Assembly: GCA_022652945.1 (NCBI GenBank)
Contig: JALCRV010000009.1
Location: forward strand, 15,025-79,024
Reading direction: 5' to 3'
Origin: Bacilli bacterium
GTDB taxonomy: Bacteria; Bacillota_I; Bacilli_A; RFN20; CAG-288
Length of the DNA stretch: 64,000 bases
Program-made: the position numbers and the translations under genes
Shown: positions 57,431 to 64,000 of the stretch, one piece after another
Numbering within the stretch: the first letter of the stretch is position 1
Layout: every line of letters begins with the position of its first letter
Notes under the pieces: model-generated
What the model was told of the DNA's origin: nothing
Seen by the model: the letters and a program-made list of their open reading frames with translations, nothing else
Databases searched by the model: none

Positions 57431-58657
57431 ATGTTCTCCTTATTGTTAGCAATAATCTACCTGGCCTTTATCAGTTTAGGCCTCCCCGATTCCTTGCTTG
57501 GCTCCGCTTGGCCAGTCATGAGAGAAGCCATGGGGGTTTCCTCTTCATTCGCCGGAATCGTGACGATGCTGATTGCGAGTGGCACGATTATCTCTTCTCT
57601 TTCTTCCGATTGGCTGACAAAAAAAATCGGCACGGGGCTCGTGGTCGCCATCAGCGTCACATTAACAGCATTAGGACTGTTGGGCTTTTCCTTTTCCACT
57701 CAGTTTTGGATGCTCTGTTGCTGGGCCTTGCCTTACGGTCTTGGGGCGGGAGCCATCGATGCAGCTTTAAATAATTACGTCGCTTTACACTATTCAGCGA
57801 GGCATATGAGTTGGCTTCACTGTTGCTGGGGAGTCGGAGCCTCAATCAGCCCATATATCATGGGCTTGGCTTTGGAAAACCAATGGGGATGGGAGAATGG
57901 GTTCCGAATTGTTTTCTATATTCAGATTGTTTTGGCTGGTTTGATGTTTCTTTCTCTGCCGCTTTGGAAGAAATGCCAAGTTCAGACTAAGTTAAAAGAA
58001 GTTGCAGAAGAAAAGCCTCAAGCGGAAAAAGAGCTGAAAGAAAAAACCGGGATCTTTCAAGTCCTCAAAATCCGAGGAGTCCTGTTCCTCCTGACCGCTT
58101 TTTTCTGCTACTGCGCTTTGGAGTCGACCTCAGGTCTTTGGGCGGCCAGTTACCTTGTCTCGATTCGTCAGGTCGATAAGACTTCTGCGGCTCGTTTTGC
58201 ATCATTCTTTTATTTAGGAATTACTATCGGGCGAGCAATCGCAGGTTTCTTTGCCAATAAAATCAAAGATAAGAACATGATCAGAATAGGCTTTGGAATC
58301 CTGACTTGCGGGATTCTCTTAGTCCTGATTCCTTTTTCTTCTTCCATTCCGGCTTTGGTCGGCTTAATCGTCATCGGACTCGGATGCGCTCCAATCTATC
58401 CTTCGATAATTCATTCAACCCCTTTCAATTTTGGGCCTGATAAATCGCAAGCTATTATCGGAATCGAGATGGCCTCCGCTTACGTCGGTTCTACTTTTAT
58501 GCCACCTTTATTCGGTTTGATTGGCCAAGTCACTTCTTTTGCTTGGTATCCCCTTTATTTGCTTTCCTTTAATCTGGCGATGTTTATTCTGCTGGAAGTC
58601 TTGAATAGAATTATCGCGGGAAGAGAAAAAAACGTGATTCAAGATAATAGGGCTTGA
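57431..58657 (+). CDS. MFS-family transporter (12 TM)
   Basis: Hydropathy shows 12 TM segments, with an MFS motif-A-like G.L.D..G.K region between TM2 and TM3. Confidence 0.8.
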   Translation: MFSLLLAIIYLAFISLGLPDSLLGSAWPVMREAMGVSSSFAGIVTMLIASGTIISSLSSDWLTKKIGTGLVVAISVTLTALGLLGFSFSTQFWMLCCWALPYGLGAGAIDAALNNYVALHYSARHMSWLHCCWGVGASISPYIMGLALENQWGWENGFRIVFYIQIVLAGLMFLSLPLWKKCQVQTKLKEVAEEKPQAEKELKEKTGIFQVLKIRGVLFLLTAFFCYCALESTSGLWAASYLVSIRQVDKTSAARFASFFYLGITIGRAIAGFFANKIKDKNMIRIGFGILTCGILLVLIPFSSSIPALVGLIVIGLGCAPIYPSIIHSTPFNFGPDKSQAIIGIEMASAYVGSTFMPPLFGLIGQVTSFAWYPLYLLSFNLAMFILLEVLNRIIAGREKNVIQDNRA

Positions 58658-58824
58658 CTCGGGTAAAAATAATGCTCCAAAAAAGAGAAGCTTTTTAGTT
58701 CTCAAAATTAAAAGTGGCGTCTTTTGAAATGACTTGTTGTAAAATAAAGATATATTGATAGTTTTATTTTAAATCCATTTATCTGGCAATCAAAGAATAA
58801 CTGCCTAGTTGGGAGATTGGGAAA

Positions 58825-61800
58825 ATGAACAAAGATAAGAAAAACTTCGAAGGCCTAGTGCTAGCTGAGGGCTATAAACAAATTGCTGAAAATGCCGAAG
58901 AATACATTTTCATCAAAGATAAAAACTTGAAATACCTAACCGCCTCCAAACCCTTTCTGAATCTTGTCGGTCTTAAAAGCACAGAAGAGATTGTGGGCAA
59001 GACAGATTATGATATTTTCCCGCCGGATATCGCTGATCATTACCGCAAGGATGATGAAGCAATCTTCACTGCTTTGACCCCGATTGTCGGAAAGGTTGAA
59101 ATCATCGCTACCTCCGAGAAAAGCAAGCGGTACGCCAAAACAAGCAAAGGACCTCTTTTCAATGAAAAAGGCGAATTAATCGGTCTTTATGGAATCAGCC
59201 ATGATTTCACCGAGGTTGTGTGCTTAGAAGAAAAAGCTCAAACGGCTGCCAAGTTCATCGATTTGGTCGATAAGATGCCCGGGGGAGTAGGCATCTTACA
59301 TTTTGATGGTGATTCTTTATTTCTGGATTATGCTAACGAAGGTTGGTTCACCATTCATCATCTCCCTTTTGAAACCGCCCTTCCTTCTCGGCGCAATCTC
59401 TTATCTTTGGTCTACCAACCTGATCAAGAAGCCATAAGAAAAGCTGCTGAGTTATTTAAAGGGGAGAAGAACAAAACGGGAACGTTTATGTATCGTGTCC
59501 TCTCGCGGGACCAAATGCTGCATTGGATTTCCGTTTCCTTTCATTATGCTTATTCCGAAGAACAGACCGATTTTTATTATGCGGCTTATACCGACCAAGA
59601 CGATCTGATGGAAGCCGAAGAGCGGCTGAGGATTTCCGAAAGCGCCTTAAAGGAATCAATCAACGGCTCAAATGTCCAATACTTCACTTACTTCCCTGGA
59701 AAACGCTTGGTTAAAATTTACGCTCTGAATAACCGTTATTCCGATTTGCCGACGACGATGGATAATTTCCCGGAAGATTTTTTAAAGTACATCAAAGCCT
59801 CGCCAAGCGACATCAAGGTCTATATGGAAATGGTGGAGGCAATTAACTCAGGCGCCAAAGAAGCCAGCTGCACTATCCAGATGTTTTATCACGGGGCTTA
59901 TTATTGGGAAAACGTCCACATGACCAGCGTGAAAGACGAAAAAGGCAACATTGATAAAGTCCTCGGTTTCACTTTGGATGTCACAGAAAAGAAAGCGAAT
60001 GAAGATAAACTACGTAAAGAAAGAGTGCGCCTGAAGACTTTGGAAGGCAATGTCTTTGAAGCTTTTTCCTTTAACCTCACCAAAAACACCATGCCTGATA
60101 TCCAAACTTCGGATGAACAAATGCTCCGCTTAAAGTTGACTGAAGAAAATTTAACCGAGGCCATCAACATCTGTCCGGGACTGAAGGTCACTAATCCAGC
60201 TACTAGAGAGGTGCTGTTAAGAGCTGCAGCCCGCATTCCAAGTAAAGAAGACCGCAGATTATTTATTTCAAACTGCGCTGGAGAGCAGGTCAGAAAATCA
60301 CTCAGGGAAGGAAAATACGTCTCAGAACTTCGCTATCGTCGTTATGTCAAGGATAAACTCCACTGGGTCATGACCCACACTGAAGTGCTTCCCGATCCTG
60401 ATTCCGGCGATTTTTTCGCCTTCTTTTATACCGAAGATATCAACGAACAAGTAATCAATGACAAAATAAACAGCCAGATAATCTCCCGCAATTACTTGTC
60501 GGTCTCTTATTTAGACTTGCAATCCAACACCTTCCACTGGAGCATGGGGGTTGATGGTGAGGTCAAGAAGCTCAATGAGATGACTTACCAAAAAGCTCTT
60601 AAGCAAGCGCAGGAGCATGTTATTCCTGAAGAGCAAGAAGATTTCCTGAACAACTTCCAAGTGGATACTATCAAAAAAGCTTTGGCCAAAGGACCCGTTT
60701 ACACGATTTATAATTCTCGTCCAGAGATAGATACCCGTTATTCCGACAAGCCCCATAAGCAGATGAAAAACGATCTTTTCTACCTTGATGACAATAAAGA
60801 TGTTATCGTCTTTCTATTAAGCGATGTCACCGAAATATTTGAAGCAGAAAGAGATAACCGTGAGAAATTAAAGGAAGCTTTGACAGCTGCAGAGCAAGCC
60901 TCGGTCGCGAAGACCGAATTCCTTTCCCGTATGAGCCATGAGATCCGTACACCGATGAACGCCATCATCGGGTTGGATGCCATCGCCTTGCAAGAAAAGA
61001 ATCTCTCAAGGACAATGGAAGATCACCTTCAGAAAATCGGCATCTCCGCCCGCTTCCTCCTTTCCCTGATAAACGATATCCTCGATATGTCAAGAATCGA
61101 AAGCGGGAGGATGGTCTTGAAAAAGGAATCCTTCAATTTCGAGGAACTAATCAATGGCATCAATACTATTCTCTATCAGCAATGCAATGAATCCGGGTTG
61201 GATTACGACTGTGTAATCAAGAGCCTGACCGATGAAAATTACGTAGGGGATATGACCAAACTTCAACAAGTCTTGGTCAATATACTAGGCAATGCGGTTA
61301 AATTTACTCCTAGCGGTGGAAAAATCCATTTCATGGTTCAAGAACTTTCACGCTCAAAAAGCCAAGTTAACATGCGCTTTGAGATTGCCGATACTGGCAT
61401 CGGTATCGATGAGAAGTTCCTTCCGCACCTTTTCCAGCCTTTTTCGCAGGAAAACCGCGGTCGCACTTCCGCCTATGGCGGAACCGGTCTCGGCTTAGCA
61501 ATATCCAAAAACATCGTTTCTTTGATGGGTGGAGATATTAAAGTCCATTCGATCAAGAATGTCGGTTCGGAATTCACCGTCGATGTGGCTCTCGGAATTG
61601 ATAAAACCAGGAGCCCCATCCACTGGTCCGGTTTGAATATGGCGCCTTTATTTACCCTGATTGTCGATGATGATATCATCGTCTGCCAGCATTCCCAGCT
61701 GGTCCTGAATCAGGCTGGATTCAAAGCCGAATTTGTCGATAGCGGCAACGGAGCCCTTGAAAAGGTGGATTTCCAGCATAAAGCCAAGAAGGATTACGAT

Positions 61801-62463
61801 TTGATTCTCTTGGACTGGAAGATGCCTGATATGGATGGAGTTGAAACCGCTGCGCGAATCCGAAAAGTTGTCGGTCCCGATGTAACGATCATAATTATGA
61901 CCGCATATGACTGGACCGATATTGAGGCCAAAGCCTTAGCGGCTGGGGTTGATTTCTTTATGAAGAAGCCGATTTTCGCTTCTTCAGTCACCCGAGCCTT
62001 TGAAAATGTTTTCTATAAGAAGAATAAAAATAAGCCGATTCCAGAAGAAAAAAAGAAAACCTTTAATTTCCAAGGCTTTAGAATCTTGGTGGCAGAGGAT
62101 AACGAGATCAATGCTGAGATAACCAAAACTCTGCTGACCGCCAAGCATTGCCGAGTTGAACTCGCCCATAATGGGGCGGAAGCGGTCGAGGCATTTCTCA
62201 CCTCCAAAGATGATTATTTCGACCTTATCCTAATGGATGTCAGAATGCCGATTATGGACGGTCTAGAAGCCACAAAGACCATCAGAGCCATGAGAAAGAA
62301 AGGCTCGAAGGATATACCGATTATCGCCATGACTGCCAATGCTTTCCAGGAAGATATCAACCTTTCTTTGGCTAGCGGGATGAACGCTCATTTGGCTAAG
62401 CCGATTGAGCCGGAAATCCTGTATGAGACGATAGAAAAATATTTGCAAAAGAAGGTGGATTAG
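58825..62463 (+). CDS. Cytoplasmic multi-PAS hybrid sensor histidine kinase with two C-terminal receiver domains
   Basis: No TM segments. About 690 aa of PAS-like repeats. H-box SHEIRTPMNAIIG. HATPase_c N/G1/G2 boxes (GNAVKFT, DTGIGI, GGTGLGLAI). REC1 (LDWKMPDMDG, phospho-Asp) and REC2 (LMDVRMPIMDG). Confidence 0.85.
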   Translation: MNKDKKNFEGLVLAEGYKQIAENAEEYIFIKDKNLKYLTASKPFLNLVGLKSTEEIVGKTDYDIFPPDIADHYRKDDEAIFTALTPIVGKVEIIATSEKSKRYAKTSKGPLFNEKGELIGLYGISHDFTEVVCLEEKAQTAAKFIDLVDKMPGGVGILHFDGDSLFLDYANEGWFTIHHLPFETALPSRRNLLSLVYQPDQEAIRKAAELFKGEKNKTGTFMYRVLSRDQMLHWISVSFHYAYSEEQTDFYYAAYTDQDDLMEAEERLRISESALKESINGSNVQYFTYFPGKRLVKIYALNNRYSDLPTTMDNFPEDFLKYIKASPSDIKVYMEMVEAINSGAKEASCTIQMFYHGAYYWENVHMTSVKDEKGNIDKVLGFTLDVTEKKANEDKLRKERVRLKTLEGNVFEAFSFNLTKNTMPDIQTSDEQMLRLKLTEENLTEAINICPGLKVTNPATREVLLRAAARIPSKEDRRLFISNCAGEQVRKSLREGKYVSELRYRRYVKDKLHWVMTHTEVLPDPDSGDFFAFFYTEDINEQVINDKINSQIISRNYLSVSYLDLQSNTFHWSMGVDGEVKKLNEMTYQKALKQAQEHVIPEEQEDFLNNFQVDTIKKALAKGPVYTIYNSRPEIDTRYSDKPHKQMKNDLFYLDDNKDVIVFLLSDVTEIFEAERDNREKLKEALTAAEQASVAKTEFLSRMSHEIRTPMNAIIGLDAIALQEKNLSRTMEDHLQKIGISARFLLSLINDILDMSRIESGRMVLKKESFNFEELINGINTILYQQCNESGLDYDCVIKSLTDENYVGDMTKLQQVLVNILGNAVKFTPSGGKIHFMVQELSRSKSQVNMRFEIADTGIGIDEKFLPHLFQPFSQENRGRTSAYGGTGLGLAISKNIVSLMGGDIKVHSIKNVGSEFTVDVALGIDKTRSPIHWSGLNMAPLFTLIVDDDIIVCQHSQLVLNQAGFKAEFVDSGNGALEKVDFQHKAKKDYDLILLDWKMPDMDGVETAARIRKVVGPDVTIIIMTAYDWTDIEAKALAAGVDFFMKKPIFASSVTRAFENVFYKKNKNKPIPEEKKKTFNFQGFRILVAEDNEINAEITKTLLTAKHCRVELAHNGAEAVEAFLTSKDDYFDLILMDVRMPIMDGLEATKTIRAMRKKGSKDIPIIAMTANAFQEDINLSLASGMNAHLAKPIEPEILYETIEKYLQKKVD

Positions 62464-62591
62464 CTAAGGAAGCGAAATCCTGCCGAAAGGAAAAAAACTG
62501 GAAGCGAAGCGGATTGTTTTTTTGGCACAAATAAAATAACCATGCACTGTGAAAATCTGCTAAAATATAACCAGAAAGGGGGAAAACTAAA

Positions 62592-62816
62592 ATGAAGTGG
62601 TTTAACAAACAGTCTAGACTTATCCAAATCCTCTTGCTCCTCATTCCTGGTGTCAACTGGATCACCGAAGTCATCGTCAGATTAACTGCGGTTATTGAAA
62701 AGCCTACTCTCACCAACATCATCGGTTTGATCTTCGGGGTCTTTATCCCGTGCATCGGTGGTTGGATCGATTTGATTTGGTGCTTGCTGTTTAAGCATCT
62801 TCTCTTCGCTGACTAA
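62592..62816 (+). CDS. Small two-TM membrane protein, possibly YqaE/Pmp3-family proteolipid
   Basis: 74 aa. The LLLLIPGVNW...NIIGLIFGVFIPCIGGWID pattern is reminiscent of Pmp3. Its own promoter is TTGGCA ... TGcTAAAAT. Confidence 0.4.
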   Translation: MKWFNKQSRLIQILLLLIPGVNWITEVIVRLTAVIEKPTLTNIIGLIFGVFIPCIGGWIDLIWCLLFKHLLFAD

Positions 62817-62844
62817 TCTTTGTCAGGAAAGTATGTTTCCCAAA

Positions 62845-62876
62845 GGTTTAAAGGCTTTGCCTTTAAGCCTTTTTTC
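62845..62876. terminator. Bidirectional terminator between the Pmp3-like gene (+) and the GGDEF gene (-)
   Basis: ggtttaaaggctttgcctttaagcc hairpin followed by T6. Confidence 0.55.
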
Positions 62877-62941
62877 TTTGTAATTCTCTTTCCAGAAAAA
62901 AAACTAAACGACAAGAATCAAACTAGCAGAATCAGGTTCGA

Positions 62942-63982
62942 TTAGTTATTCTTGGCAAACCCTTCGATGACATAGCGCCCCTTGCCTTCCCTTTTAGCTC
63001 GGTAAAGAGCTTTATCAGCGATAGCGTACAGTTCGTTGAAATCCTTGAAATGCAGCCCATCGGAAATGGAGCACCCTACCGAAGAAGTAATTAAGTAATC
63101 CGCCTGCTCTTTTAAGCGGATTTCTTTGGTTAATTGAATTAGGAGAGAAAGATCTTTTTCCACCTCTGAGAAAGTAAAATCGCCGTTAAGCCACAAGGCA
63201 AATTCATCCCCGCCCAAACGGATGACAAGATTGTCACCCTTTCCGAAGAAATTCTTCAGCATTTTAGAAAACATTATCAAGGCCTCATCGCCCGTCATAT
63301 GTCCGAAAGCATCGTTGATGCTCTTGAAATCATCTAAATCAGCGATGGCGAAACAACCAGCTTTATGGTTGTTGACCAACGCTGTCAGTTTATTGACCCC
63401 GGTCCCGCGGTTTAATAGACCGGTCAGCAAATCCACCTCCGCTTCTTTTTTTAAACGTAGAGAATTTTCCAAATTAGTGATCCTATCTTCCTGGGTGAAG
63501 AAGGAAATACCAATTCCGGTGAAGAGGAAAAGCAGAGTATTAGTAAGGTCTAAGCCGAAAATCACTCGATCTTTCGAGAAATAAGCGGAGACGGTAAAAG
63601 CTATGGATAAAAGTATCTGAAATGACCAGCAGCGCCAATGATAATCGAGGATGAAAATCGGCAGCAGGTTAAGCATCAACACGAAAGTAATCGCCATGTG
63701 ATTTGGATCAAGAAAAGTCCCCAAAGCAATTCCAACACCGAGGATACAAGTCTCAATCGCATAGAACAAAGGGAGGATATGTCGATGGTGCTTTTTCAGA
63801 GGAAAAAAAGCGATAAGCCATAAAACGGTTGCAAAAAAGAAAAGAGCCAAAAAGCCCCAAGCTCCGCTGATTGAAATATCGACAATGCCCTGTAAGGAAA
63901 AGCAAATCAATGAAGTCGGCAAAGAAGAAAGACCACAAAATACTAGGAAATTCAGAAAGTTCTTATAATTAAGCTCATCCAC
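62942..63982 (-). CDS. Membrane-bound diguanylate cyclase (canonical GGDEF)
   Basis: About 6 N-terminal TM helices; C-terminal GGDEF domain with an intact RLGGDEFAL active site and upstream DLDDFKSINDAFGH. Confidence 0.8.
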   Translation of the reverse strand: MDELNYKNFLNFLVFCGLSSLPTSLICFSLQGIVDISISGAWGFLALFFFATVLWLIAFFPLKKHHRHILPLFYAIETCILGVGIALGTFLDPNHMAITFVLMLNLLPIFILDYHWRCWSFQILLSIAFTVSAYFSKDRVIFGLDLTNTLLFLFTGIGISFFTQEDRITNLENSLRLKKEAEVDLLTGLLNRGTGVNKLTALVNNHKAGCFAIADLDDFKSINDAFGHMTGDEALIMFSKMLKNFFGKGDNLVIRLGGDEFALWLNGDFTFSEVEKDLSLLIQLTKEIRLKEQADYLITSSVGCSISDGLHFKDFNELYAIADKALYRAKREGKGRYVIEGFAKNN

Positions 63983-64000
63983 CTGTTCCTTATAAGCTTT

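Noticed and set aside
57400-57774. A 124-aa ORF overlapping the start of the MFS transporter in another frame.
   Set aside because: It is entirely nested within the well-supported 12-TM MFS gene. The protein is Arg/His-rich low complexity and there is no RBS.
1-64000. I looked for a CRISPR array, a cas locus, rRNA operons, IS elements, prophage remnants, toxin-antitoxin pairs, and known multi-gene anti-phage systems.
   Set aside because: There are no periodic repeat-spacer arrays, transposase or integrase motifs, rRNA-like stretches or phage structural genes. The TA-sized ORF pairs have no SD or adjacent partner. Motif reading of the CDSs recognised no gene cluster matching known defence systems. 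The NERD and NUDIX genes are single genes in housekeeping context.

Overview
This 64 kb window is a chromosomal segment from a low-GC Gram-positive bacterium (about 45% GC). Gene order resembles Bacillus (ylbF-rsmD-coaD; yjbK-ppnK-spx). Ribosomal proteins carry Ala/Lys/Pro-rich extensions and L30 is absent, which hints at an Erysipelotrichia-like lineage, but that is a guess. Content is mainly core housekeeping. The window holds typA (5'-truncated), mreB, a GT4 glycosyltransferase, rluA-family, malQ, a lipoprotein endonuclease-I, tkt, a flavodoxin, a large beta-helix surface lipoprotein, coaD-rsmD-ylbF, def, rnj, maf, nadK, a CYTH protein and spx (translationally coupled to a pgsA-like gene). 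Next come a NERD protein, deoD, a NUDIX hydrolase and cdaA. A small tRNA-flanked accessory patch follows, with an AlkD-like protein, an alpha/beta hydrolase, mscL, an amidohydrolase, a large membrane protein, a nitroreductase and a degenerate-GGDEF protein. The complete S10-spc-alpha ribosomal super-operon lies on the minus strand (34.0-49.3 kb), running rpsJ through rplQ and including secY, adk, map, infA, rpmJ and rpoA. After it come a GH31 glycosidase, a LysR regulator, a split chrA pair, a VIT/ferritin-like transporter, a DUF362-RibD_C pair, an MFS transporter, a 1212-aa cytoplasmic hybrid histidine kinase and a canonical GGDEF cyclase. Six tRNAs were read by hand: Thr-GGU, Gly-CCC, Thr-CGU, Arg-UCG, and on the minus strand Val-CAC plus a non-canonical Thr-UGU-like gene. 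No CRISPR array, rRNA, transposase or integrase was seen. Three observations stand out. The first is a conserved ~105-nt module (terminator plus variable tandem sub-repeats plus conserved tail) that sits immediately 3' of all three tRNA-Thr isoacceptor genes. The second is a self-contained 48-codon gene, with its own promoter, 5' palindrome, strong SD and terminator, lying between the S10 operon and the GH31 gene. The third is Spx carrying a Cys-rich C-terminal tail and coupled to a lipid-synthesis gene. All calls come from manual reading of the sequence and the ORF track; no database searches were run.
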